From positions 94,536 to 158,535 of the forward strand of contig JAYOSV010000001.1 in assembly GCA_038139415.1 (NCBI GenBank): a stretch of DNA of 64,000 nucleotides, read 5' to 3'. The stretch comes from Verrucomicrobiales bacterium. Its GTDB lineage: Bacteria > Verrucomicrobiota > Verrucomicrobiia > Limisphaerales > UBA1100. The position numbers and the translations under genes are program-made. Of the stretch, positions 30,573 through 40,386 are shown piece by piece. Positions within the stretch are counted from its first letter, which is position 1. Every line of letters begins with the position of its first letter. The notes below the pieces were generated by a model that was not told where the DNA came from, ran no database searches, and was given only the letters and a program-made list of their open reading frames with translations.

Positions 30573-30952
30573 CAACCGCAGTCTACATCTACATCGTCTA
30601 CACGGTCCTGAGCATCGCGATGACGGTCTGGGTGGCCAGCACGCTCTACAAAAACGGGCGCGTGTTTCTGCTTGAAGCCTTCAAGGGTAAAGACGAAATG
30701 GCCGACAGCGTCAACCATCTGCTCGTGGTGGGCTTCTACCTCGTGAACATCGGCTTCATTCTGTTGTTCCTGCGCCTCGGCACCAAGCCGACGGATATCG
30801 AGAACGGCGTGGAATACGCCGCCACCAAACTGGGCGTGGTGCTTCTGGTGCTCGGGGCCATGCACTTCTTCAACATGTACAACTTCGATCGCATGCGGAA
30901 AAAAGGCCGCAACACAAAGCTCGAAGGTGATGTGCCACCCGTGCTGACCTGA
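30569..30952 (+). CDS. Conserved three-TM membrane protein
   Basis: NGRVFL, SVNHLLVVGFYLVNIG, LGAMHFFN; SD GAAAGGA; ATGA coupling. Confidence 0.85.
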   Translation: MTTAVYIYIVYTVLSIAMTVWVASTLYKNGRVFLLEAFKGKDEMADSVNHLLVVGFYLVNIGFILLFLRLGTKPTDIENGVEYAATKLGVVLLVLGAMHFFNMYNFDRMRKKGRNTKLEGDVPPVLT

Positions 30953-31899
30953 TGCCCATGGACTCCAATCAGAAGCCAAACCATTCCGGCAAGATTGTGA
31001 TTGCCGGCGGCACCGGCCTTATCGGCCTGCACACCGCGCGTCTTCTGCTGGCTGAAGGTCGCAAAGTGGTACTGCTGTCTCGACACGCGCCTAAGGTAAC
31101 GGGCGACTGGCAACATGTCCGATGGGATGGCCGCACCGTCGACGACTGGGCTGAACATCTCGAAGGGGCCGCAGCAGTAGTCAACCTCGCCGGTCGTACG
31201 GTCGACTGCATCAAGACGCCAGATAATTGTGACCAGATTCTGCGTTCTCGAGTGGAGGCTACGCACGTTATTGGCAAGGCATTGTCCACGGTGCAATCGC
31301 CGCCTCCCGTATGGGTGCAAATGTCCACTGCCCACATTTACGGCGATCCCCCCGAGGCCGTGTGCAGTGAGGATTCACCCTTTGGCCTAGGCCTCGCGCC
31401 GACGGTCGGCAGGGCATGGGAACAGGCTTATGCAGATTCCGTGCCCGCTGGCATTCGGCAGGTGATCACGCGCACCAGTTTTGTGATCGGCAAAAATGGC
31501 GGTGCGTTTCCTGCGCTGAAACGCCTCGCGCACCTTGGCCTTGGTGGTCGAGTGGGGCACGGTCGGCAGGGCATCAGCTGGATTCATGAGGACGACATGA
31601 GTCGCCTGATCATCCGCGCCATCACCGATGAAACCATGCGTGGGATGTACATCGCTACCGCGCCCAATCCCATTTCCCAAGCTGACTTCATGCGCGCCAT
31701 GCGCCGCGCCCTCCGCATACCGATCGGTTTGCCCGCCACTGAGTGGATGGTCCGATTCGGTGCCCATTACCTAATGCGCACGGATCCGGAGTTGATTTTG
31801 TATGGCCGTTATATCGTGTCGAAACGTCTGGAAGAGGAAGGGTTTGAATTCAAATATCCAGAGATCGATGGGGCGCTGGCGGCGCTGTGCGCCAATTGA
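30952..31899 (+). CDS. TIGR01777/YfcH-like NAD-dependent epimerase family protein
   Basis: AGGTGLIG, VVNLAG, SWIHEDD, GFEFKYP. Confidence 0.9.
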   Translation: MPMDSNQKPNHSGKIVIAGGTGLIGLHTARLLLAEGRKVVLLSRHAPKVTGDWQHVRWDGRTVDDWAEHLEGAAAVVNLAGRTVDCIKTPDNCDQILRSRVEATHVIGKALSTVQSPPPVWVQMSTAHIYGDPPEAVCSEDSPFGLGLAPTVGRAWEQAYADSVPAGIRQVITRTSFVIGKNGGAFPALKRLAHLGLGGRVGHGRQGISWIHEDDMSRLIIRAITDETMRGMYIATAPNPISQADFMRAMRRALRIPIGLPATEWMVRFGAHYLMRTDPELILYGRYIVSKRLEEEGFEFKYPEIDGALAALCAN

Positions 31900-31953
31900 T
31901 CAGCTTCAGGGCTTGGCTTGCGTCGCTGGTTAATCCTAGGGTGGCGGGGTTCG

Positions 31954-33432
31954 ATGACTGCCGAATCGAAAACAGAGGAGGGAATCCATTATCCTAAGTT
32001 GGTCATTTGTCTGCTGGTGGGAATGATCCTCTGGTGGACACCGGTTCCTAAATTACCCGAAGGATTGGAGATTCCAGATGGGGCAAACTTTACCGCCGGC
32101 TGGCAGGTGTTTGCGGTTTTTGCCGCCACGATCCTAAGCTTTATCCTGCGGCCCATCAATATGGGGCCGGCGGTGTTGTTGGCCCTGATAATTTTGGCCG
32201 CCACCAGTACCTTAGGAGAAGACGGTAAGGCATCCTTTCAGGCGGCCATGGCGGGTTATGGCAACACCACGGTTTGGCTGGTGGTGGGAGCATTCCTGAT
32301 TGCCGGAGCCATGATCCGAAGTGGGCTTGGACATCGAATCGCTCTCAACTGCGTATCCAAGTTTGGTAAAACAACTTTGGGATTAGGATATGCTACGGCG
32401 GTCGCCGAGTTCATCTTGGGTCCAGCCATTCCCTCCAACACAGCGCGAGGTGGTGGGGTTATGGCGCCGATTGTCAATTCGTTGGCAAGAGCACTGGGGT
32501 CCACGCCGGAGAACTACCCCAAGCGTGCCGGCGAATATCTCATGCTCAATGGCTCGCACTTGAACCTTGTAACGGCCGCAATGTTCCTGACTGGAATGGC
32601 CGCCAATGGCTTGGTCGCCGAAGCGGCGAGTAATTCTGGCCAAGGCATTGAGTTCGGATGGGTGACTTGGGTGAAAGGCAGCATCGTTCCGGGATTGGTG
32701 AGTTTGCTTTTGTTGCCGTGGTTTCTTTTGAAGCTTTTAAAACCGGAACTCCACGACACGAAGGCCGCCCAGGATGAGGCCAATGAACAGCTTGCTAAAC
32801 GGGGCAAGTGGTCCATGGGCGAAAAAATAATGTTGGGTGTATTCATCCTGATGCTTGCCCTTTGGGCTACCGGCAAAATGCACGGCATGCACACGGGTGT
32901 GGTAGCTTTGATCGGGGTGATGATTCTGGTGTTAACCGGAACTGAAAAGTGGGAGGACATCACCGGTAACAAGGAAGCCTGGGATGCAATGGTTTGGCTG
33001 GGCGGTATGGTTTGCATGGCCGGACTGCTCAAGGACCACGGGTTTATCGCATGGTTTGCCGAAACCATGAAAGAGGAGGTCACCGGAATGGGTGCCTTGG
33101 CTACGGCGCTCACCTTGGCGCTCATTTATTTTTATTCGATGTACGGCTTCTCGATGTTGACCGGCCACATTACAGCCATGGTTGCGGCGTTTTTGGCCTT
33201 GGCCGTCACGGCCGGGGCTCCCGCGATGTTGATGGTTGCCTTGCTGGCTTATTTTTCAAACCTCTGCGGTTGCCTAACCAACTATTCTTCCGGGCCGGTT
33301 GTGATCTATTCAGGCTTCGGATATGTGCCGATGGGCCGATGGTTCAAAATCGGGTTCATCGTTTCCATCTTTCACTTGGCCGTGTGGTTGGGCGTAGGGT
33401 TACCTTACTGGAAATTCCTTGGTTGGTGGTAG
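31954..33432 (+). CDS. DASS-family di/tricarboxylate transporter (CitT/2-oxoglutarate-malate type)
   Basis: PSNTARGGG, MFLTGMAAN, LTNYSSGP, WKFLGWW. Confidence 0.92.
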   Translation: MTAESKTEEGIHYPKLVICLLVGMILWWTPVPKLPEGLEIPDGANFTAGWQVFAVFAATILSFILRPINMGPAVLLALIILAATSTLGEDGKASFQAAMAGYGNTTVWLVVGAFLIAGAMIRSGLGHRIALNCVSKFGKTTLGLGYATAVAEFILGPAIPSNTARGGGVMAPIVNSLARALGSTPENYPKRAGEYLMLNGSHLNLVTAAMFLTGMAANGLVAEAASNSGQGIEFGWVTWVKGSIVPGLVSLLLLPWFLLKLLKPELHDTKAAQDEANEQLAKRGKWSMGEKIMLGVFILMLALWATGKMHGMHTGVVALIGVMILVLTGTEKWEDITGNKEAWDAMVWLGGMVCMAGLLKDHGFIAWFAETMKEEVTGMGALATALTLALIYFYSMYGFSMLTGHITAMVAAFLALAVTAGAPAMLMVALLAYFSNLCGCLTNYSSGPVVIYSGFGYVPMGRWFKIGFIVSIFHLAVWLGVGLPYWKFLGWW

Positions 33433-33536
33433 GCTGCAAGGAGGCAGGAAACATTAATCATCAGCGCCGCTTTGTCTGCACTGAATGACTTTCCAAACGA
33501 TTAGCGTCAAGATGACGGCGATGGGGTAGCGCGAAT

Positions 33537-34817
33537 TTATTTCGCTGTGATGACTGTGTAGTTACGCTTGCCCTTGCGCAGGAGGAGATGTTTACCGAAG
33601 AGCAATTGCCCGGCGGTGACGCGGGTTTGCGCGTCGGACTGACGCTCGTTATTGAGGTTGATGCCGCCGCCCTGTAGGTCCTTGCGGGCCTGGCCGTTGG
33701 ATTGGCAGAGGCCACTGGTGACAAACAATTCCAGAATCGGCAGGCCGTCGCCCTCTATTTGGGTGCGCTCGATTTCCACCGTGGGCACTTCGCCGACGAT
33801 TTCGTTAAACGTGCTTTCGCCAATCCCATCCAAGCCGCCGCCAAACAGAATCCGGCTGGCCTGCTGCGCTTCCTGCGTGGCGGCCTCGCCGTGAATGAGA
33901 TCGGTCATGGCCACGGCTAACGCCGTGTGCGCCTCACGGCCGCTGGGGTTTTCCGTGTGGCTGGCTTCCAGTTCGGTGATGCGTTCCTGCGGCAGAAACG
34001 TGAAGTACTTGAGGTAACGCACCACATCGCGGTCGTCGGTGCGAATCCAGAACTGGTAAAACTTGTAGACGCTCGTGCGGGCCGGATCGAGCCACACTGC
34101 GCCCGTCTCGGTCTTGCCGAATTTCGTGCCGTCGGCATTGGTGATGAGCGGCAGGGTGAGGCCGTACACGGTGGTGTTGAGCTTGCGTCGACTCAGCTCG
34201 ATACCGGCGGTGATGTTGCCCCATTGATCGCTGCCGCCGATCTGCAGCTCGCAATCGTGCGTTTCCTTCAGATGATAAAAATCGAAGGCCTGCAGGAGCA
34301 TGTAGGAAAACTCGGTGTAGCTGATGCCCACCTCGCGATCCTGCATGCGGGCGCGTACGCTTTCCTTGGCCACCATGCTGTTGACGGTGAAGTGCTTGCC
34401 AACGTCGCGCAGGAAATCGAGATAGGAAACACCTGCCGTCCAGTCGGCGTTATCCAGCAACTGAGCGGGGTTAGCGGTGGTTTCAAAATCCAGCAGCTTG
34501 GCCAGCTGCTCCTTCACCGCCGCAATGTTTTGCTGGAGCGTTTCGCGTGTGAGCAAATTGCGCTCGGCCGATTTGCCGCTGGGATCGCCAATGGCCCCGG
34601 TGGCACCGCCGGCCAGTGCAATCGGTATATGACCGTCATTCTGAAAACGCCGTAAGGCAATGAGCGGCACGAGGTTGCCCACATGCAGGCTGTCTGCGGT
34701 GGGATCGAACCCGCAATACAACGCCGTCGGCCCTTCACCCAGTCGCTTGGTCAGCGCCTCGGTATCGGTGCAGTCGTTGATTAACCCGCGCCAGGCCAGT
34801 TCGTCCAGAATGCTCAT
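33537..34817 (-). CDS. tyrS: Tyrosine--tRNA ligase
   Basis: GFDPTADSLHVGN, GGSDQWGNI, KFGKT, C-terminal S4 domain. Confidence 0.97.
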   Translation of the reverse strand: MSILDELAWRGLINDCTDTEALTKRLGEGPTALYCGFDPTADSLHVGNLVPLIALRRFQNDGHIPIALAGGATGAIGDPSGKSAERNLLTRETLQQNIAAVKEQLAKLLDFETTANPAQLLDNADWTAGVSYLDFLRDVGKHFTVNSMVAKESVRARMQDREVGISYTEFSYMLLQAFDFYHLKETHDCELQIGGSDQWGNITAGIELSRRKLNTTVYGLTLPLITNADGTKFGKTETGAVWLDPARTSVYKFYQFWIRTDDRDVVRYLKYFTFLPQERITELEASHTENPSGREAHTALAVAMTDLIHGEAATQEAQQASRILFGGGLDGIGESTFNEIVGEVPTVEIERTQIEGDGLPILELFVTSGLCQSNGQARKDLQGGGINLNNERQSDAQTRVTAGQLLFGKHLLLRKGKRNYTVITAK

Positions 34818-34863
34818 GCGGGCGGCATTAAGGCGGAGGGATGGGGTGGGGACAAGGAAAACT

Positions 34864-35736
34864 CTACTCCGCCTTGATCAACTCGCGCAGGTGCTCCATG
34901 GAGACGGTGTTTTTGAACACCATTTGCAGGTTGTCCTTCACGCCGTTCTTTACGGAGTAATAGGTGCTCTGGGTGTTGTTCACGCTGGCGACAACGGCGC
35001 CGTATTCGTTGAAGACTGGTGCGCCGCTAGAGCCTTTGGCGAAATCGGCGGTGATGGCGATCATGCGGCGGGGCCCTTCGCGACGGGCGCTGTCGAGGTA
35101 TTTGCGAGAAATGATGCCTTCACTGAGCACATAGAAATGGCGGTCCGGATGACTGAACACGCGCACCTTGCCACCCAGCGGCGCGGCTTGCTCAGAGGTG
35201 TCCACCGGCAAAGGTGTGAAGCCTTTGCCTTTGGCACGCAAAATGGCGAGGTCCGTGGCTTTGTTGGCGGCGAGGACCTCGACAACGGGAGCCACGCGGC
35301 CATCGCCGGTCATGATCACCAGCGAATCGTTATCCTTGTTATCAATCACGTGATAGCTGGTGCAGAAGACGCCATCCTCGGTGAGCATGAACCCGCTGGC
35401 GGCGCCGCTGTGCCAGAGAGGGCAATGCTGGCATTTGTAAAGGCCGGACACAACCAGCACGCCCTTACGGTTGCGTTCGGCGATCTGGGCGGACGTAAGC
35501 TTGTCCTTGCCGGGCTGTTGCAGGGTGAGGGCGCATTGTTTGCGGTCAAGCTGCTTGAGCAGTTCGGATGCTTTCACCGTGCCTTCTTCTTCGCGCAATT
35601 GCTTGGCGTGCCGGTTGAGTTCGCTGAGCAGACGGCGGTCATCGATTAGGCCGCCGGGCAGAATGCCTCGGTTGACGCGCAGTTCGGCGGCTTGCACGGC
35701 GCCGGCGATGAGTAGCAGGGAAAGGATGGCTCGCAT
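34864..35736 (-). CDS. Secreted trypsin-like (S1) serine protease
   Basis: Signal peptide; triad motifs TSYHVI, DLAIL and GSSGAPV. Confidence 0.88.
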   Translation of the reverse strand: MRAILSLLLIAGAVQAAELRVNRGILPGGLIDDRRLLSELNRHAKQLREEEGTVKASELLKQLDRKQCALTLQQPGKDKLTSAQIAERNRKGVLVVSGLYKCQHCPLWHSGAASGFMLTEDGVFCTSYHVIDNKDNDSLVIMTGDGRVAPVVEVLAANKATDLAILRAKGKGFTPLPVDTSEQAAPLGGKVRVFSHPDRHFYVLSEGIISRKYLDSARREGPRRMIAITADFAKGSSGAPVFNEYGAVVASVNNTQSTYYSVKNGVKDNLQMVFKNTVSMEHLRELIKAE

Positions 35737-35771
35737 GGGTTGATCTTCGGGCTGTGACCGGTTTGTGCAAC

Positions 35772-35795
35772 AAAAAAGGCGGCCCGAAGGCCGCC
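35772..35795 (-). terminator. rpsA terminator
   Basis: Minus strand GGCGGCC-TTCG-GGCCGCC-T6. Confidence 0.9.
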
Positions 35796-35819
35796 GGTGA
35801 TTGGGTATGACGCGGAAGA

Positions 35820-37499
35820 TTATTCGCTCTTCTCTTCGTCTTCCTTGCTGAGGTCGAGGTTGTCGAAGGCGTGCTCGAGGGCCACGAGGTCTTCGCCGGG
35901 CTTCAGCTGGTCGAGCTGTTCCTGTTCCTTCTTGATCTGTTCCTCATCATACTCAGCGGCCTTGATGGACAGGCCGATACGACGATCGGAGCGGTCGATC
36001 TTGATCACGCGGGCTTCGACCTCTTGGTCAACATCCAGCACGTTCTTGATCTTTTCCACGCGCTCTTCGCTGACCTGAGAGATGTGCACGAGGCCGTCCA
36101 TATCGTGTTCCAGACCAATGAAGGCACCGAAGCTTGCGAGCTTGGTGACCTTGCCCTTGACGAGCTGGCCGACCTGATAGATCTCGTCGATCTTCTCCCA
36201 CGGATCTTCGGCGAGTTGCTTGATGCCGATGGAGATGCGTTGGTTCTCTTTATCGACTTCGAGCACTTGCGCTTCGATCTCGTCGCCCTTCTTGATGAGC
36301 TCGGAGGGATGGTTGATCTTGCGGGTCCAGGAGAGGTCGCTCACGTGGATCATGCCGTCGAGGCCTTCTTCCAGTTCCACAAACGCACCGTAGCTGGTGA
36401 GGTTGCGGACCTTGCCGTTGACCTTGCTGCCAACGGCGTACTTAGTCTCGGCTTCGTCCCAAGGATTGTCGTCCAGCTGGCGGATGCCGAGGCTGATCTT
36501 TTGCTCGTCCTTGTTGACTCCAAGTACCACGGCCTCGAGTTCCTGATCCTTCTCGAGGACCTCGGAGGGCTTGGTGTGTTTCTTGGTCCAGGATAACTCG
36601 GTGACGTGCACGAGGCCTTCGACCCCGGGTTCCAGCTCCACAAAGGCACCGTAGGACACGAGGTTGACCACCTTGCCCTTGATCTTGGTGCCCACGGGGT
36701 ACTTGCTCTCGATGAGCTCCCACGGGTTTTGAGTCTTTTGCTTGAGGCCGAGGGAGACGCGCTCCTTCTCTTTGTTGATGTCCAACACGACCACGTCGAG
36801 CTCTTGGCCGACGGTCACCATTTCGCTCGGGTGATTAATACGCCCCCAGCTCATGTCGGTTATGTGCAACAGGCCGTCGAGGCCGTCGAGGTCGATGAAG
36901 GCACCGAAGTCGGTGATGTTCTTCACCTTGCCCTTGATCACGGCGCCCGGGGTGAGGTTGTCCAGCATCTCGACGCGTTTTGCGGAGCGTTCCTCCTCGA
37001 TCAGTTCGCGGCGGGAAAGCACAATGTTCTGTCGCTCTGCATTCAGCTTCACGATCTTGAACTCCATTTTCTCGCCGACGAGAGCATCGAGGTTTTTCGG
37101 CTGAACAACGTCCACCTGGGAACTGGGTAAGAAGGCTTCCACCCCAATGTTCACGATCAGGCCGCCTTTCACGGCTGCTTTGATACGGCCTTCGATCACT
37201 TTGCCCTCTTCGCAGAGCGAGTTGATCTTGTCCCAGTTCTTCTTGAACTCGGCGCGCTCGTGGCTCAGGTGCACCTGACCTTCGCGGTCTTCGAGCACCT
37301 CGATGAGTACTTCAATCTGGTCGCCCACGCCGGGCTGATTGTCCTCATCAAATTCGTTTAACGCGACATGGCCTTCGCTCTTGTAGCCGATATCGACAAT
37401 TATTTCTTTGCCCCGTGTTTCAATCACGGTGCCGTTTACAATTTCGCCCTCGGAGAAAGTCGTGAGACTCTTCTCAAAGGCTTCTTCCATCGTCAGCAT
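35820..37499 (-). CDS. rpsA: 30S ribosomal protein S1
   Basis: Six S1 domains (DIGYKSEG, FGAFIDL, GLLHITDMSW, YGAFVEL). Confidence 0.97.
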   Translation of the reverse strand: MLTMEEAFEKSLTTFSEGEIVNGTVIETRGKEIIVDIGYKSEGHVALNEFDEDNQPGVGDQIEVLIEVLEDREGQVHLSHERAEFKKNWDKINSLCEEGKVIEGRIKAAVKGGLIVNIGVEAFLPSSQVDVVQPKNLDALVGEKMEFKIVKLNAERQNIVLSRRELIEEERSAKRVEMLDNLTPGAVIKGKVKNITDFGAFIDLDGLDGLLHITDMSWGRINHPSEMVTVGQELDVVVLDINKEKERVSLGLKQKTQNPWELIESKYPVGTKIKGKVVNLVSYGAFVELEPGVEGLVHVTELSWTKKHTKPSEVLEKDQELEAVVLGVNKDEQKISLGIRQLDDNPWDEAETKYAVGSKVNGKVRNLTSYGAFVELEEGLDGMIHVSDLSWTRKINHPSELIKKGDEIEAQVLEVDKENQRISIGIKQLAEDPWEKIDEIYQVGQLVKGKVTKLASFGAFIGLEHDMDGLVHISQVSEERVEKIKNVLDVDQEVEARVIKIDRSDRRIGLSIKAAEYDEEQIKKEQEQLDQLKPGEDLVALEHAFDNLDLSKEDEEKSE

Positions 37500-37714
37500 T
37501 GCTGTTTTGTCCTTTGGGAAAAACAAGGAGCGCAGAATGGCTCTTGTTCAGAAACCGCCGTTTTTCAGTCTTTTTTAGCCTTAAAACTGGCGGGTTTATG
37601 GTTAATAACCTGTTAACATTGTGTTAACGCCCTCGACGAATCACCGCACTCACGGGACTCAGGCGAGCCGGGAAACTACGTGGAACCCGAGTGAATGCAA
37701 GGCTTTTCGGCAAA

Positions 37715-39586
37715 TTAAACCGTCCGTCCGAATTTCTTTTCCAGCTCCGGATAGCTCATCTCGATGAGGGTCGGGCGGCCGTGCGGGCAGGTGTAGGGCA
37801 TGGTGCAGTGGCGGAGGCTCTCGAGGAGGGCCTCCAATTCCGGCTCGGCCAGTGCATCGTTGGCCTTGATCGCGTGGCGGCAGACGGTTTTGGTGACCAT
37901 GTCTTCGCCGAGGCGCATGGCGTTGACGCCGGTACCTGCGGATTTGAGTTCATCGATCAACGACAACACGAATCCTTTTGAATCTTTCGCTTTCACAAAG
38001 GGCGGCAGTGCATCGAGCAGAAACGTCCGCTCGCCAAAAGCGCTGAGGCCCACGCCGAGCCGGCTGAGGGTTTCCACTTGCTCACCCAAAAACGCCGCGT
38101 CCGGTGCAGCCAATTCCACGGTTTCCGGCAAAAGTAGTTTTTGTGAAGCCGTTTCTTCGCGTTCCATTTGTTCCAGCAACTGTTCGTACAACACCCGTTC
38201 ATGCGCCGCGTGTTGATCCATGAGAACCAATCCGCGGTCGGATTCCAGAACCACGTAAAGTTTGCCGACCACACCGACGATCTTCAGTGGCACATTGAGC
38301 AGCGGCGGGCTGGAGGGAGTGGGGGAAGGTTCCGGGTTGATGGTTGATGGTTGAGGGACGAGTGGCGGAGCATCCTCTTTGTGAGTCGGCGCGGGCGGAT
38401 TGGCGAAGCCCATGTCCAATGGCTTTTGTTCGGGTGCAGTGACCGGCACATCCTCTGCCTCCAGTCCGAAGCTCCTCGTCTCCACCATCTCAGGTCTCAA
38501 GTCTTCCGGCTCGATACGATCAACTCTCGCCTTTGTATGAAACTCATGCAGGCCTTCGCGCACGGCTTCGGCCACGTATCGGCGCACTTCGCGTTCGCGG
38601 TGGAACTTCACCTCGCGTTTGGCCGGATGAATATTCACATCCACTTCTCCAGGGCCAATCTCGAGGAAGAGACAGCACACGGGATATTTCCCTTTCATCA
38701 ACGCCGTGTGATAGCCTTCGCGCAGGGCCATGCTTAGGCCGACGTTGTCGACGGGCCGTTGATTGACAAATACATGTTGATGCTCGCGATTGCTCCGGCT
38801 CACGCCCGGCGCGCCAATAAAGCCCCAGATCCGAATCGCCGAGGCCGGTGTGTCCTCCTCATCAAATGGGCGCTTGGGCAATTCGCCATCCGTATCAATC
38901 CCCACCAGCTTCAGACCTTCGCCCCAGAGTGCATTCAGTCGGCGTTGCAGAGCCTCGGCGCCCGTGCCGGTTTCGGCCGGCAACCGCCACACCTCGCGGT
39001 CGTTATGGCGAAAGATGAAGGCCACACTCGGATGTCCCAAGGCCATGAGCGTGAGCACCTGTTGCACATGAGAGCGTTCGGTCTCCTCAGTTCGGAGAAA
39101 TTTACGGCGAGCGGGGAGGTTGTAAAAAAGCGAGCGGACCTCCACTTCTGTCCCAACTGCCGCGCCAGCTTCCTTAACGGAAATCATTTTGCCGCCGTTG
39201 ATGATGATCTGCGTGCCAGCTTCGGCTTCAGTTTCGCGGCTGGTCAGAGTAAAACGGCTCACGCTTGCAATGCTGGGTACTGCTTCGCCACGAAAACCCA
39301 TCGTTCCAATTGAGGCTAGATCCTCTGCGCGGGTAATTTTACTGGTGGCATGGCGTTCGAGGCTCATGAGGGCATCATCACGGCTCATGCCGTGGCCATC
39401 ATCCGTGACGCGGATGAGACTACGCCCGCCGGCCTTAACCTCCACGGTGATCCGGCTTGCTCCGGCATCCAGTGCATTTTCCACCAACTCCTTCACCACA
39501 CTGGCCGGCCGTTCCACCACTTCACCTGCGGCGATTTGGTTGGCTACCTGTTCAGGAAGGAGTTTGATGCGGTTCACGGGCCCCAT
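37715..39586 (-). CDS. mutL: DNA mismatch repair endonuclease MutL
   Basis: NQIAAGEVVERP, GFRGEA, DQHAAHERVLYE, CPHGRP. Confidence 0.97.
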   Translation of the reverse strand: MGPVNRIKLLPEQVANQIAAGEVVERPASVVKELVENALDAGASRITVEVKAGGRSLIRVTDDGHGMSRDDALMSLERHATSKITRAEDLASIGTMGFRGEAVPSIASVSRFTLTSRETEAEAGTQIIINGGKMISVKEAGAAVGTEVEVRSLFYNLPARRKFLRTEETERSHVQQVLTLMALGHPSVAFIFRHNDREVWRLPAETGTGAEALQRRLNALWGEGLKLVGIDTDGELPKRPFDEEDTPASAIRIWGFIGAPGVSRSNREHQHVFVNQRPVDNVGLSMALREGYHTALMKGKYPVCCLFLEIGPGEVDVNIHPAKREVKFHREREVRRYVAEAVREGLHEFHTKARVDRIEPEDLRPEMVETRSFGLEAEDVPVTAPEQKPLDMGFANPPAPTHKEDAPPLVPQPSTINPEPSPTPSSPPLLNVPLKIVGVVGKLYVVLESDRGLVLMDQHAAHERVLYEQLLEQMEREETASQKLLLPETVELAAPDAAFLGEQVETLSRLGVGLSAFGERTFLLDALPPFVKAKDSKGFVLSLIDELKSAGTGVNAMRLGEDMVTKTVCRHAIKANDALAEPELEALLESLRHCTMPYTCPHGRPTLIEMSYPELEKKFGRTV

Positions 39587-39643
39587 CATCCGAAGGCACT
39601 TTGGTGGTGTCGACGTGAACTTGTGGACAACCCATTCCAACGC

Positions 39644-39672
39644 TTGACCGTCTGAATCGATATTGATAAGTT
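39644..39672 (+). promoter_or_regulatory. tRNA-His promoter
   Basis: TTGACC-N17-TAAGTT. Confidence 0.7.
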
Positions 39673-39686
39673 CGCCCTCTTCCAAC

Positions 39687-39763
39687 GGTGGTCGTAGCTC
39701 AGTTGGTAGAGCCCCAGATTGTGATTCTGGTTGTCGCCGGTTCGAGCCCGGTCGATCACCCCA
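39687..39763 (+). tRNA. tRNA-His(GTG)
   Basis: G-1, acceptor stem GTGGTCG/CGATCAC, anticodon arm CCAGA-TTGTGAT-TCTGG, T arm GCCGG-TTCGAGC-CCGGT, C73, encoded CCA. Confidence 0.97.
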
Positions 39764-39919
39764 TTTTTTTTCAGGCTGAAACAGCCGTCAGACATTTCTT
39801 GCCTAACCTACAGTGCAAAAAGTGCAAATTAATTGCACCCAGGAATGTCTCTCTTAGGGTTGCTATAACTCAGTTACGCTTAAGATCCAGTATGCCGCAT
39901 TGGCGAGCCTCCAAAAGGG

Positions 39920-39959
39920 CTGGACGGTTGAGGGCGGTGGCGTAGGCTGATGGGCATGA
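39920..39959 (+). repeat. 40-bp promoter/start cassette, copy 1
   Basis: CTGGACGGTTGAGGGCGGTGGCGTAGGCTGATGGGCATGA, identical at 40347-40386; TGGACG-N16-TAGGCT-N7-ATG. Confidence 0.95.
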
Positions 39960-40300
39960 GGGATTACAAGAAGGCCGTAGGCTCTGATAAGTTAGCGACG
40001 CCGGTAAAATCAGAAATTGAGCCTCCCTCCTCTCTTGAAAGATTTTTAACAGGCATATTCATTGGCTTGCCAGCTGGCTGTATTGGCATAGCTTGTAGTG
40101 GCTTTGGCTACGAAATATTATTTTACGACAAGAGTTATTGGGGGTTGCTGGTATTGGTAAGTGGATTGGTTCTGATTTTTATTTCTTGGCAGATTTTGGC
40201 AGGCAAAACTAAGGGTTACACAAAAGAACAAAAAAGAGGGATGAACTCTGTTTCCCCCGATGTAGACATTGTCAGCGGAGCCTTTGATGATAATGACTAA
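39956..40300 (+). CDS. Hypothetical two-TM membrane protein
   Basis: ORF starts within the cassette; two hydrophobic segments. Confidence 0.75.
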   Translation: MRDYKKAVGSDKLATPVKSEIEPPSSLERFLTGIFIGLPAGCIGIACSGFGYEILFYDKSYWGLLVLVSGLVLIFISWQILAGKTKGYTKEQKRGMNSVSPDVDIVSGAFDDND

Positions 40301-40346
40301 TCCTCCCCGCAATACTCCTTAAGCGCGTTGGCGGTCCTCTAAAAAT

Positions 40347-40386
40347 CTGGACGGTTGAGGGCGGTGGCGTAGGCTGATGGGCATGA
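40347..40386 (+). repeat. 40-bp promoter/start cassette, copy 2
   Basis: Identical to 39920-39959. Confidence 0.95.

Noticed and set aside
33433..33536. Possible fluoride riboswitch (GGCGATGG) or membrane-protein remnant (RYPIAVILTLIVWKVIQ on minus)
   Set aside because: Riboswitch elements are in the wrong order and not upstream of a gene; the peptide frame has no start codon.
34660..36596. Long alternative-frame ORFs opposite the protease and rpsA (and similar ones throughout)
   Set aside because: Antisense shadows typical of GC-rich coding DNA; no recognisable motifs.
37500..37700. Long rpsA leader as a novel ncRNA
   Set aside because: Long structured leaders are expected for rpsA; no independent terminator or recognisable motif.
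39621..39630. DnaA-box-like TGTGGACAA
   Set aside because: Single mismatched copy; no cluster or origin context.
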